Of a DNA stretch of 64,000 nt, positions 1 to 12,853 are shown in pieces; within the stretch, counting starts at the first letter, position 1, and each line of letters begins with the position of its first letter. The DNA lies in contig JALMLS010000143.1 in assembly GCA_038496445.1 (NCBI GenBank), positions 372,001-436,000 on the forward strand, written 5' to 3'. Origin of the DNA: Trichosphaerium sp. ATCC 40318 (taxonomy: Eukaryota > Protista > Tubulinea). A program made the translations under genes and the position numbers. The notes beneath the pieces were generated by a model. That model was not told the origin of the DNA. It did not search any database and saw only the letters and a list, made by a program, of their open reading frames with translations.

Positions 1-1381
1 TTATGGGTGTTGATACGCTTTTAGATGAACAGATTGGACGGCTAATTGGTTATAACATGGCCTGTGTTCAAGCAATGGTAATACTTTAGTGTACATTGGT
101 AGTGTAAACCTTACAATATTGTCTAGGAAGGAGATCACTTGGTACTGTTGTGATATTGTAAAGTACGTCACCTACACTACTAAGATTTTGGCTTTACTTT
201 GCGCATTTGTTTTTTCCCCTCTTCCTCATTAGATAAGTCACGTGCTAATATTTATTGTAGGTGTTGTGTATCATAACAGGTGCAATAGGAGTGTTCTAGG
301 TGCTTAGAAGATGCTACTTCGACAGGATGCTTCCTAGTTGAAGCAGAGGGAGAGGAATCAAGTAAGATGAAAAGAATTCTTATTCCATGGGAAAGAGATG
401 AGGGTAAGGATATCGAAGGTACTAAATAAAAACTTTTGTCAAGAATTCGGGTTTTTTGCTCATCCTTTTTTAAACAGAGGCTGAGGCAGCTGAGATTTTA
501 TCGAGAACGTATTTCAGGTGCGTTTTTTTATTAATAAAGTGATATAAACCCATTTCAGTTTTTTTATTTTTGGATTTTTGAAGTTATTGTTTTAACGTTA
601 GAATCTGGAATGTATTCATACTTGTATGCTTTTATTTTAACTTTATACTATAGAATGAGTGAGTTGATGGACGTAGTTGATGAAGAGGGTATGTGAATTA
701 ATCGGTTTCTTTTTTGAAGAACAAGAAAAAACCCGATTTATTCTTTTGTTTAGTTAGCGCCAAACGTGATATACACCTTACTGAAGAGCATATGAATGCT
801 CTATCTGCTTTATTAGATGGTACTAGTTCAATTGATTACGAAAAATTTCTAGAGGTACGCTAGCCATGGAAGCTTTTTATTTTTTTGTTGTTGCTCGTCT
901 ATTTCTGTTTAACCAGAATTAGCTTCTTGCTTCTCTTCATGTATCAGAAGAACAATTACAAGAGCTTGTTGCAATTGATGAGGAAACAGGCGAAGGTGGT
1001 ATAGGCACGTGATTATAAAAAATAAAATCTATTTTTAACCCGACGCTGGTGTGGGTACGTTTTTTTAATCAGAAACTAATTGTTTTTAAAGACTTGGATC
1101 AGTTTTCTTTGTTTTTAGACAGTCACTTGTCAGGTACGACCATGAACTTTATTATTGAATCTATCTCACAATTATTAGAGCTTATGCTATGTTTATCTGC
1201 ATTGGTATACTCTGAAATAAACATAATGAGGACCATAAAACAAGCACCTGGTTCGTAGACTTTTTTTCTTTTTTCTTCTTTTTCCTCAGCATGTGTTTGT
1301 TTTATTGACGTATTATTTTAAATAGTCGAAGAAGATATTGATACAGGCGGCAACAAGGACGATTTCTCTACTATAGATTAA
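1..1381 (+). CDS. 3' part of a multi-exon gene, acidic, possibly EF-hand-like (5' end outside the window)
   Basis: Short exons between GT..AG introns translate to e.g. LSALLDGTSSIDYEKFLE and EEQLQELVAIDEETGE; probable stop near 1381. Exon chain not fully resolved. Confidence 0.4.
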
Positions 1382-2036
1382 GACCTAATCACAAAAAACG
1401 CCAACTTTTTTGTGAATCTCCTAGAAGAAAAATTAATAGAATAAAAACAAACTCCCTTTGTTGATTCAAGCGTCAGTGGGTACTACCGCCAAAAATTTCT
1501 TTCATAAACACTTCTTATTCTCAGATTATGTTGATTCAACATAATCGTTTGTCTTGAGCTCCAGCATACTATCACTGGAACCCGAGACAACATGACGAAA
1601 TCATCCTTTTTTTCCCTTTTCAATCATACGTTTTTTGGCGTCAATTGCAATACAATGCCGTAATCCCCAGTGTAATCGCGAACTAGCGGTAGTTTAGGAG
1701 TTAGTTGCTTAAGCAGTTTTAACTATTCTTTAGCCCCTTGGTACATAGAAATACTGTTAGCCCGAACACAAGCGCATAACTTGCAACTATCGGTGTTTTA
1801 TTGGCCCAAAGACCGAAATGAAGTATAAACCCTTTCAAGTTCCTCAATACTTTGTTAACAACGTAATACCATCAAACAAGCGACCTTCAAATAGAGGGAA
1901 AAACCACCCGATTTGGTTTACGTTTTTGGAAAGAGTCGTTCTGTTTTGGTAAACATACACTATTTCTCACCACACACCTCGCACCTTATCCCCAGCTTAC
2001 TATATAAGCCAAACACAGAGAAAATAAACCCTCACA

Positions 2037-3411
2037 ATGCAAGTTCAACTACTTTGCATCACAATCTTTATCGCTCTTGCAGCGAGCCACTCATACATGA
2101 CGGAACCAAGACCACAATACGATTGGACTGGTGGATGTCGCGTTGGAGGTGGTATTCATTGCCCTGGACCTTGTGAATCTTTCAGAAGCAGGAACCCTCG
2201 CCACTTCCCAGGATCTGTAAAAACATGGAAGCGCGGTCAAAGGTACAAACACAAATTCTTTTGCAGTGATTTTTAGATATTCGAGTTTTGTCTTCTCGAA
2301 AAAGCTCTTTTTACGCTCTTTTTGGCGTTTGCTGTTTTATACCGACTGTATTGACGTATATCTATAGAGTTACAGTAGCATGGTCAAGAAATAATCACGT
2401 AGACGGTTTTGTGCGCCTTGCTCTCGTACCAGTTGCCGATATGAACAACAAAGCCAAACACAAAGAGCTAACCTTCGGTTACTTTTGCTGGGACGGTCCA
2501 ACTGTCAGCGTTCAGAGTTGCAGAATTAGAAATACTTTCCCACACATCAGAGACTACGGCTTTCCTTGTGGTTCAGACGGACAACAGGGACAATTTAGAG
2601 GACAATCACCAAAGATTTTACAGAAATCTATTACCTTGCCTAGAAATGTTCCAGATGGCGAATACGTACTCGGATGGACATGGTTCGGTGGTACAGTACT
2701 CGGAAACTACCACAGTTGCTCTTTTGTAACAATCCGTGGCGGTCCATTCCAAACTGTCGACAAGGTCCAAGGAGAGCAATGTAAGTCTCAGACTGGCGAC
2801 ATAAAACGCTGTGAAAGCGAAGATGGATGTCCGTTTACAAATCCTAAGCTTGTACTACCAAAAGGTTGGTCTAAGGACAAAACCTTCACATACGGTGGTA
2901 AATCAAACCCTCCTCCACCAAAGAATAACCCTCCTCCACCTCCTCCTATGAAGAAGCCACCTCCACCTCCACCTCCTATGAACAAGCCTCCTCCACCTCC
3001 ACCTCCTATGAAGAAGCCCCCACCACCACCTCCTCCAATGAACACAAACAACGGAGGGTGCCCAAGCTTCAACTTGCTAAAACGAGGTACTTGTTTTTTT
3101 CTTGTTTTTTTGAAGATTGTTTATGGATTGTGTTCGTTCGTGCTAACTCTGTTTTTTTTTTAGGATGGGGTAGTGGAATGAAACTAGAGTTAAAACTTAA
3201 CCCAAGTGGCAAAAAGAACTTTGTTGTAAGATTGAACACGAATGCAAGAAAGAACAACTGCTGGAGTGCTGGCGCTAATGTAAGAGATCTTGGTAACAAT
3301 AGATTCAACGTTAGGTTCGGTTGGGGTCCTCCAACTGAAACACTCACTTTGTTGGGTTGTATCATGAACGGAGATACCAGCGCTACCGCTAGGATTGAGT
3401 CATGTTCTTAA
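2037..3411 (+). CDS. Secreted LPMO-like (His-brace) protein with Pro-rich linker and small C-terminal module; 3 exons (~2037-2242, 2369-3087, 3164-3411)
   Basis: Signal peptide MQVQLLCITIFIALAAS followed directly by His (HSYMTEPRP); second His in WSRNNH; PDGEYVLGWTWFGG and YHSCSFVTIRGG segments; TATA-like CTATATAAG near 2000. Confidence 0.7.
2905..3042 (+). repeat. Coding tandem repeat (~30 bp unit) encoding (K/N)KPPPPPPPM
   Basis: Directly visible CCT/CCA-rich repeats inside the LPMO-like gene. Confidence 0.9.
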
Positions 3412-3667
3412 GTATGAAAATACAGTAATAAACAATATCCATAACCTTTTGTCGATTTTGTTTTTCTTCGCTTTTTAAATCACCTTTTGCTACAAGCCAT
3501 GTGGCCACGTGTGGTATTGATAATGTTATATAGGCACAAGGAAATATATTTCTCTCGTACCTCATGATTTAACGGAGTACAATTTATGTTGGTGTTTATG
3601 GGTGAACATCTACAGATACTTCGTAGTCAGTTTTTATAAGTTTCCCTCACTTACAAACACAAGTCTT

Positions 3668-4621
3668 TCAATTGAACTGAATTTCTACACCTTTCTTTGC
3701 TAGTGTATTTACTCCTTTACGAGTGATATGCTTGCAGCCATTCAGTTTTAATACCTTAACATTGGAAAGATGAACAAGCCAATCATCTGTTGCATTTGTA
3801 AAAGATATATTGATTGTATGTGCATCTTTGAGGCTTTTCATACACGATCCAGTGATACCATAGCAATACGATAAATAGATATTCTGTATGCCAATCAATG
3901 CTTCTATACCTGCATCTGTAACTGATGTACTAGATAAATCTATTGTGTGAACATCCGACAAGGACGAAACTCCTTTATCCGTGACCTCAGTTTGACTTAA
4001 ATATATCGTATGAACACCAACTAATGCTGAAATTCCTTTATCTGTGATAAACTTACAACCACGTAGATTTATAAAACACACTCCAGCTAGTGCATATAAA
4101 ACATCATCACTAACAACAGAGTGAGGTATATAGATATATGGTATCCCAGCGAGACCCTTTAAGCCCGAGATTGACAGGTTCGAAGCTTTAATAGATTTCA
4201 GGTGTTTCACAAGCTGCAGCACTCCTGAATCTGTGACGCCTGTGCAACCAAATAGTGTTAAGTGTTGTACACCGCATATGCTCTGTAAACCTGAGTCTGT
4301 GATGTAGTGATTTGAAAAAAGCTCCAAAGTGCGAATACCTTTGAGAAACGAAAGATCTGTATCTGTTGCTGTAGGAAACCTTAAAAGTGATATTCTTGTG
4401 TTTTTAAGAAGGGGACTGTTGGAGATCAGAGAACAGCTTGCTCTTGAACTGATGTAAATGGTATTGTATCCGATAATGTGGTGTACAATGTCAGACAATC
4501 GTTTGCAGCTTTGAGAAACAGAAAATCTATCAGTAACATCAATAAAATAGAGCAAATGAGATATTATCTCTGTTGGGATATCTAACAGCTTAAAATCTCT
4601 AGATTCGAATGTATTATCCAT
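3668..4621 (-). CDS. F-box + leucine-rich repeat (cysteine-containing/AMN1-like LRR) protein with an intronless CDS
   Basis: LLDIPTEIISHLLYF...SQSCKRL F-box; repeats of LxGVHTIxLxxTxVTDxG; probable 5'UTR intron just upstream. Confidence 0.85.
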   Translation of the reverse strand: MDNTFESRDFKLLDIPTEIISHLLYFIDVTDRFSVSQSCKRLSDIVHHIIGYNTIYISSRASCSLISNSPLLKNTRISLLRFPTATDTDLSFLKGIRTLELFSNHYITDSGLQSICGVQHLTLFGCTGVTDSGVLQLVKHLKSIKASNLSISGLKGLAGIPYIYIPHSVVSDDVLYALAGVCFINLRGCKFITDKGISALVGVHTIYLSQTEVTDKGVSSLSDVHTIDLSSTSVTDAGIEALIGIQNIYLSYCYGITGSCMKSLKDAHTINISFTNATDDWLVHLSNVKVLKLNGCKHITRKGVNTLAKKGVEIQFN

Positions 4622-5104
4622 CTTACTACCTAATCCTTTAGTTAGTCAGACGTTAAGAGTTCATACACACGGCTGAAGCTGTTCAACAAAACGAATGCCA
4701 AAAAACTGCAAGTCAAAGTGAATCTATTAGCACAAAATACGTTACGTGCATTCAATCAGTGACCGTGACAGTATGTTTATAAACCCTCCAACACGCTAGA
4801 GCTTACTTAGACTTTTTTGTTCTAAGCTAAAATGCGTATTCGCACGTGCTTTTTTTTATTTTGACTAACATACTAATACAGTTACAATTGATGACCATTT
4901 CCTCACACTCCTCCAACACAAGGCAAGGTTAAAAAAAATGTCGAAACAAAAATCCCTTTTCAAAAAAAAAAAAGGGTAGAGAGGCAAGGAAATAATGACA
5001 TAACATCGGACCAAGATTTTCCGCTTTTTTTCTTATACCAAAGAGTTTTTTTTTTAAGTCTATCACCGTTCCCTCTTTTTTGTTTTGTTTTTTTCTTTTC
5101 TTGC

Positions 5105-8100
5105 TTACTTTGGGTCTAAAGGTCCTGATAACTCCATCCTAGAAGAAGCAGACTTTGGTTTATCCGCTGGGATGAATTTAATGTGTTTCTCTGCCTGTTG
5201 GACAATTATATCAGGCCACTTCGAATAATGAATATCCTTGCGAACAATATCTTCGTAACAACTCTGAGAGTCAAAGTTGCATATGACACCATCCCTGAAA
5301 GCGATAATATTGAGTTTAATGGCGAGCGCCATCCAATAAAATAGCATATCCTTCAGATGTTGTACATCCTCCTTAGCGCTTATAGCTTCCTCTGCGTCGC
5401 CGTTTTGTGCAGGTCCAACCTTCTTTGATTCTTCTTTAACAGCGGAGAGCTTTGCTTCGTACTCTCTTGCTAGTTTACTCAACTGGCCTTGAAGATCTTC
5501 ATTCGAAGCCAAAGAATTTTTCAACTCATCCTTGAGCTTTTCTTCTGAAGACTCGAGATTTGCCACACGCTTTTTAAGGTCATCTGTACCCTCAAGAGCA
5601 ACTTGAACCTCATTATGCTTATCTTTCCATTCTTGGACTTCACGCTTTTGTTTTTCGGCTTGCTCGAGTTGTAAGTCTTTATCTTGAACCTTGCTCTCTA
5701 ATAAGAGTATCTGAGTGTTTAGTTTTTCATTCTTGAGTCGTTCTGCGTCTAATTCAACTTGGAGGTTTGTGCGTAGGTTATTAGCTTCTTCGAGCTGTTT
5801 CCTAGATCATTTCTATTAGTTGAAAGTGGAAGTAATGTGAATGAGAAAGAGAGGGAAATAATGAGGCTCGAGTGAAGATTTTTAAGTGTAACCAAAAAGT
5901 AATAAAAAGAAAATAGAATATTTCACGTGCTTGAGTTCTGTGATAAGAGAGTGGACTTGTAGCATGTCATTTGTTGAAGCTGCGCCAAGTGACGATGACA
6001 TTGGTCGAGGTGGGATATTACCAAGATCATGATCATTGTGATCGTGGTCACTATCGTCATCTGAGCTATCAGAGTCTGAATCGGATGAGCTTGTGTCAGT
6101 CTCTAATAACCTGTTAATTCTTCACTCTAATAATTAACATTGAATGTAACAGTCATTGCTTATTAGGAGCATAAGGCTGATTGTCCTTTTTTTTGTTTGA
6201 AGAAGCCCTTACCTTCTGTGTAACATGCATTCATTGTATCAGAAGATAATTTTCTACAAAAACGTAAGCACGGAGAATATCAAAACAAACAATCGAAAAT
6301 CTTTTTTGGTCAGTCAAGTGATTAAAAAAAACCCAGTCGGAAAATGCGTACCTGAGCCTTATGTTATGTCTGTGTTGGTCCATGACTTTAACACAAACTG
6401 TAATACCATCATTGGCTTTAATTTTTTCCTTAGCGATAGGATCTAATAGAAAATGAGTACACCGAAAATTCTACTTTATCAAATTCTACAGAAAAAAATT
6501 TGCTTGTAACATGCCTGTTGATGCGAGTTTATAAACAATAGCCAAAGCAGTAGTGACTACATCTTCGTTCTCAATAGAATCTTGAATGCACTTTATCAAA
6601 CAAGGTACACCACCAGCATCAGTGAGGTGGTTTCTATTGGAAGCTTCACAGAGTTCATTTAGTTAAAAAAAATAAAAATAAAAATCTAGAAACTCACCAT
6701 TACGACATAGACGCTCCAAGGTTACCAAAGAAAGTTGAACAATTTCAATATCTTCTTCGAACAACTTCAAAATCTCTATAATACATGCAAGGGTTCCCTT
6801 TAATAGTACATGTCAGGTACAAATAGCAATCGTCAAATAAAAAAAAAACAACAGGAAAGCAAAGAGTTTTGACACAAAAAAACCCAGTAAAAGGTATTTA
6901 CCTGTTGACCAATCTTTGCGCGGTTCTCTACAAGCTTTGATAGCTGTAGAATTGCAATAAGTGCTGTTTTACAAATAACTTTATCATCTTTATGTGCTTT
7001 CAACGTTGTCACTACAGCCTCATTACCGCCATCCTCACCAATAAACCGTTTATATTCCGCTGAGTATGAAATTAGAGAAACTGATAAACAACTAAAAAGG
7101 ACTTGTCGAAGAAGGAAAAGTCAAATGCGTACGTGAAGTAAAAGTTAAGTTTAACAGACACCAAAGAGCATTAAGCTGTAGCTTCTTATTGGCTATGTAC
7201 TGGCCCATAACAGCGACAAGCTTAGGTACACCACCAGCTTCGATAACCTTCAATTTGTTCGTGTCTAAAGAGGAAACGGTTTAGAAATTGTAACAAACGT
7301 AATTGTGGCGTACCATTGTTACATAAATTACGCAGAGCTTGTATAGCAGCAGATTTAGCAGGTTCGCTAACACTAGGCTCTTCAATTACAGTAAATAGTT
7401 GTGCTACACCACCTTCTTCTCCGAAGTAATCCTTGTTCTCCTCTAAACAAAACAACGATTAACAAATATGTCTAAAGATCAAAGATGCCTGATTTAAAGA
7501 AAGTAGATAAACAATGAAGAACAATATGTTCGTGATGCCTTCGAAAAAGAAAAAAAGAACGAAGACATCTTGAAATTTACATAAAACTTTTTTTTTTTCA
7601 GAATTTTTGATCAAAAAAGTACTAAGTGGCAAAAAATCTCGGCGTACCACAATTAAAAGAAATATTATTTATTGCTTTAGAAACCTCTATTACAAATCCT
7701 GATGATTTGTTGTAAAGGCGTAGGCCATTGACTAGTTGTTGAATACAACCTTCCTCGGACATTAATTCGCGAACAATGTCTAGGAGTTACGTGAGATAGT
7801 GTAAGCGGAGAGTATAAGGCGATCCTTAAGAAGTTCCAATTTCAAAAGGACCAAAAAAATAAAAAAGCATGAGGTTTACTTTATTAAGCGCGATAACGTT
7901 ATTGTTGTTTAAAATTGGCGCTAAGGCGTTTAATAAATTTTTTTTTAGGTTTTTTGAGAGTTTTTTTTGTTTAAACGTACCATCAAGAGCAAGAGCTGCG
8001 AGTGCTTTGCAACCTTCAATTTGTATGTCTTCAGTTTCATTTGACTTCATCACGTTGCATATTTCAACAACACCATTTGCTTCGTATACATCCTCTTCGT

Positions 8101-8547
8101 AACCCTCTGTGATGATGTGAGTAAATTGTAGCTAATTAAAACAAGCGAGCTGTTTTTGCAAATCATGCTATTTAAATTCTCGGACTAGCGACTACTTCGC
8201 TGCGATAGTCCTAACACTAATTTTTGCAGTGATATTGTTTTGTTTGCCTAATCACCATAACAGCAAAAAATGGGCTTACCAATGGTAGAAAATATCCGCA
8301 TGAACCTCAAGAACTTTTCTGGAGCATTTGGAAAGGCTTCGTTGCTCACTACCAGATCTAATAGCTCTTGATTTTTAATAGCGCTTGCATCATCCTGAAT
8401 TTGTGTGTAGTGCTTTGCTGGGTCGTAAATGGCTAGAAACCAATCGATACAGCTTTCAGCGTCGTCACCACCTTTTTCGAGTTGCTCTATCACTTTAGCT
8501 ACCCGGGCCTTGGGTGTGAGCTGCTGAAAATCTTCTGCGCTTGACAT
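5105..8547 (-). CDS. Armadillo-repeat protein with acidic low-complexity region and C-terminal coiled coil (multi-exon)
   Basis: Exons such as [36 protein letters not shown] and [12 protein letters not shown]; heptad-rich C-terminus. Confidence 0.7.
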
Positions 8548-8648
8548 CTAACTTGGTAGCAGTTGGCGGAAAATACAATTTGATGGTATTGCAGGTCAAG
8601 TCACTTCATTTGTTTAAAACAACCTCTCTACAACCTCAAGTGTCAGAT

Positions 8649-9823
8649 ATGTTAATCAAAGCAGCAACAAGACGTGGTGTCGCTCTAAATATGCGTAAAG
8701 TTCGCAACAACAAAGCGCAACGTTACTATTGTACCGAGGGTGCTGTTCCTTTATCAGAAAACTTTTTGCCTAACGTTTTTGTAGGTAAACCAGCGGTTAC
8801 CCTTGAAACTGAGTTCGAGACCATAATTATGGAGAAAAAGGGTGCAGTAGGCTATGTTACTCTTAACAGACCAAAGGCGCTCAACGCACTCTGCGATAAA
8901 CTCATAGACGAGGTGCGTTAAATTAACGCTACACCATGCCACTGCCATTTCTTAATTTTACGTCTCAGGTTGGCTCAGCATTTCAGTACTTTGACGGAGA
9001 AGACTCAGTTGGTGCTATTGTACTTACAGGATCAAAGAAAGCGTTTGCCGGTACGTTTATCAAGATGTCATCAAATATTTTTCCGCTTTTGCCTTGTGTG
9101 TTGTACTTGCGTAGTTATCATTTGCAGTTATTAAGACCACTCTGTAGCTGGCGCAGACATTAAAGAAATGGCAAACAAGACATACATGGAAAACTACAAA
9201 AACAAGCTCTTCAAGTCATGGGATGACATTTCTAAAGTATCCAAACCAATCATTGCTGCTGTCAATGGTTACGCATTAGGTGGAGGTTGCGAATTAGCCA
9301 TGAGCTGTGATATTATCCTCGCTGGTGACAAGGCAAAGTTTGGACAACCAGAAATCACTCTTGGTACAATTCCAGGTGTTGGTGGCACACAAAGATTGAC
9401 ACGTGCTATTGGAAAATCTAAGGCAATGGAATTGGTACTAACTGGAGACTTTATTGACGCACAAGAAGCTAAATCTCTTGGTACGTCTTGCTTTTTTTTT
9501 CGTTGTTGTTAACCGTGTTTTCTAGGACTTGTTAGCAATGTTCATCCAGCTGACGAGCTTCTCGGTACGTTGTTGTATTTTATTATTATGTCTAACGCTG
9601 TACGTTAGCAAATGCTACTAAGATGGCCGAGAAGATCGCTTCTCACTCACGTCCTATTGTTGCTATTGCCAAGGAATGTGTTAACAAGGCAGAAGAGCTG
9701 TCACTTCGCGAAGGATTGGAATATGAACGTCGCTTGTTTTATTCCACGTTCGCAACTTTGGATCAAAAGGAAGGCATGGCCAGTTTTATTGGTAAAACCA
9801 AACCAGCATGGAAACACGAGTAA
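8649..9823 (+). CDS. ECHS1: Mitochondrial short-chain enoyl-CoA hydratase (crotonase), multi-exon
   Basis: [45 protein letters not shown] and [22 protein letters not shown]; basic N-terminal presequence. Confidence 0.95.
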
Positions 9824-9972
9824 ATGTTTATTATTGACTATTACTGTCTACAAGGAGTTGTTTACGTAATTTGACAGATTGAGGCGCGATCGTATCGATT
9901 TCCTTCCGTAAATACTTTTTTGAAGTTGGCTTAGCCATTTTTAAGTTAAAACAGTGTTTGGTGTATTCTACA

Positions 9973-11424
9973 ATGAGCACAAAGGAGGAAAAGGACGAAA
10001 GTCAGGTTTGTGAAGCTTTTGCATCCGCAAAGAGGACTACCACTTCTTTTTTTAATTTATATTCGCCTTGTGATGTTTTAGTAGTATTACCAGTCCATAA
10101 CCGTTACGTTGTGCGACGGCTAATTCGAAATTTAAAATTCTACGTGTATTCGTTTAGGTATGCTGCCAAAGGAAATTGTTCCGTAATTGTAATTTAGGTT
10201 GCGGCTGAAGAATCCGAAATAAAGGAGGAGAAGGCAGAAACGCCTGAAAATACGTCTAAAGATACCGAGAACACGCAAGGTGAGAAAAAAGAAACTGCTG
10301 AGGAAGAAAAGAGGCGCTTAGACGAACTTACAAGTCACAAAAAATTAGACGTACGCATAGCCATTAGCATTGATACAATGACTAATACCGCTTTAGAAAG
10401 GTTACGTGTACAACGATTCGAATGGTAAGGTCCAAGGACCTTTCATGTACTCCCAAATGGTACGTAGTGCTTTGTTCTATCAGAAAATACGCTATCGATG
10501 AATTTCACTGACACTATTTCCGAAATAGTTGGATTGGTGGCATGCTGGGTACTTCCAATCTGATCTAAAAGTAAAAAGAACAGGTGAAGAACAAATGGTG
10601 CCAATAAGCAAAAGACCAGAATTTCAAGTTCCTGCTCAGACATCAGAGATGGGCGGTGGTGGCCAAGGATATTACCCTGCTGCTAGCCAGGCTCGTTTTG
10701 CACCTTACTCTGGTACGCGAAAACGCTATACAGCTCTACTTGACATCTTCCATGAAACGGCGGTTAACCACGAGAAGCGTGGTTTTGAAAAAAAAATTGT
10801 GATTTCGAACTGTCCTTTCAATTAAAATTCGTTTTTTTCCCTGTATAAGCAAACCGCCCCTTCGTAGTAGTGGTTGGTGATTTGTTGGGAACATTTTATT
10901 TTGAATTTTATTTATTAATTGAATCGATAGGGAGTGGTGTTAAAGCATCTGATTATCAACCTTTGGGAACAGTAGATTACTCTCAGGCTGCTACATTTGA
11001 TACACGAACAGGTCGTTTTACTAGTACTTACTACGCGAATTATTGGGAATCAAGAGGTCTACCTTCTGATCGCGCTGGTAGAATGATGATGCACTACTTT
11101 GATCATGACGCATGGTATGAAATTTTATTTGAAATAAGCAGAGAGTTGACAAAAAAAACTTTGTTTTTTTCCTTCTTTTTGTTTGTTGACGAACACGTGT
11201 ATCAAGATCAACACGAAATTTACTTTTTCTTTGTTGGTGATGTTTTTTATTTTAACTTTTTTTTCCTCTCTAGGCAAGAGCAAATGCGTGAGAGAAAGCG
11301 TGTTAAGGAATTATACCAAGGAAAGAATAAGCGTAAAGTTACTAAAGAGATGTTGAAGCATTTTAAAAAGAAGAAAGCAGAAAAAAAGAGAAGAAGGATT
11401 ATTCAAGAGTATTTGACTGATTAA
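9973..11424 (+). CDS. GYF-domain protein with a basic C-terminus (multi-exon)
   Basis: YVYNDSNGKVQGPF ... DWWHAGYF is a GYF signature; C-terminal FDTRTGRF and Lys/Arg-rich tail. Confidence 0.7.
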
Positions 11425-11677
11425 ATAAAATATTTACACTATTGTTTAAAACTGCGCTCACAACCCTTGTTGTTTTTGCTTTGAGGAGTTTGGAATGTAT
11501 GTGCGACTACTTGTATTCGATATTCTAAAGTCTCTTGTTGCTTCAACAAACCTTTGAAATATCACGTGACTTTGTAACAAACAGTAACTTGCAAATATCA
11601 CCAGGATATAACACAATACACGAGTTCAGTGAATTTCTGTTAAATGTTCAAGGTTCCTCAGCTATCAAAAAACAACA

Positions 11678-12028
11678 ATGAAATACATTGCAGCTTATCT
11701 CTTGGCAGTGCTCGGTGGCAACGAAAAGCCAACCCCAGAAGACGTTATATCTATCCTTAAATCAGTAGAAGCAGATATTGACAGAGGAAAAGTCGAAGAT
11801 CTCTGCAAGACTTTGAATGCCAAAGATCTCGAACAAGTACTAGTGGAAGGCATGAAGAAGTTAACAATCTCCAGACCAACTGCTGTTAACACATCAGCTC
11901 CAACTGAAACTGAAAAGAATGACCCATGTAGAGTAGTATCTGGTGACGATTCTCAACACAGTGATGACACTGATTCAACGTTTGAAGGCGTAGATTTGTT
12001 TCCATGCAGTGATGACGAAGAATGGTAG
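11678..12028 (+). CDS. RPLP2: 60S acidic ribosomal protein P2-like, intronless, with an atypical C-terminus
   Basis: MKYIAAYLLAVLGGNEKPT...ILKSV is the canonical P2 N-terminus; acidic hinge; ends GVDLFPCSDDEEW. Confidence 0.85.
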   Translation: MKYIAAYLLAVLGGNEKPTPEDVISILKSVEADIDRGKVEDLCKTLNAKDLEQVLVEGMKKLTISRPTAVNTSAPTETEKNDPCRVVSGDDSQHSDDTDSTFEGVDLFPCSDDEEW

Positions 12029-12559
12029 AAAATGTAAATAAACACATTCTTTGTGTCACCTTTTGTTTTTTTGTTTTAATTGACGTTGCAACGTTAAGTT
12101 AATGTCGATATCTTTTCTACTAATGTTATCGTTTCTGGCACACTTTCTTGGGAGTGCTCAAGTGTGATTTAACATTACAGGCGGAAAAATGTAAACCCCG
12201 TGTACCGGTCACGTTTTTATGTGATAGTTTTTGACATTTCCAGTTTCCGTTTAGTAGTGGTCTCATCACACTGGTTTCCTTGCTTCGTTTGTCAAAGACT
12301 TATGAATAAATAACATTCTAATAGTCGTTATAAGATATATAAAGACTTTAATTGCTCTGTAGATGTCCCGTGATAGCGCAGGTACGAAACAAAGGTTGTC
12401 AATTGATACAGTTTTATGCATGTAGTTAACGGCGTACATGCTACTTTTGCGTTCTTCCAACTCTATTTATGTGCGTTCATCAACCGTGCTAAGGCAATGA
12501 CTCTGTATTGTTGACACCAATAAGTGTACGTTGGCTATTAACAAGGGTTTTTTATTTTT

Positions 12560-12853
12560 CTACAAATTGGCTTGGCTCTTTTTTGTTATACCATCAGCGT
12601 GGCCTAGCGATCTTATTTCCATCTTTTTTACGTTAGCAATGCCGTGGCGAAATCGTTGTCCACCGACACGCTTATAATTATTATTCAACTTTTTGTAGTA
12701 GGCTCTCTCCGCTTTTGTAGTAACAGCAATAGAATGGCACTCATTGATGAGCTTTGTGAATCGTCTATTTGTGAAGCCAAATGCTGACCTGTGTCGGACT
12801 GTAAGTCTGAATAGGTTTGCTAAAACATCTAATGGTATATCTTCAGTGCTCAT
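12560..12853 (-). CDS. Small intronless F-box-like protein (possibly truncated or a pseudogene)
   Basis: DIPLDVLANLF...FGFTNRRF resembles the F-box starts of the neighbouring F-box genes; 97-aa ORF. Confidence 0.45.
   Translation of the reverse strand: MSTEDIPLDVLANLFRLTVRHRSAFGFTNRRFTKLINECHSIAVTTKAERAYYKKLNNNYKRVGGQRFRHGIANVKKMEIRSLGHADGITKKSQANL

Noticed and set aside
2788-3072. Poly-Gly ORF on the minus strand
   Set aside because: It is the antisense shadow of the poly-Pro linker of the LPMO-like gene.
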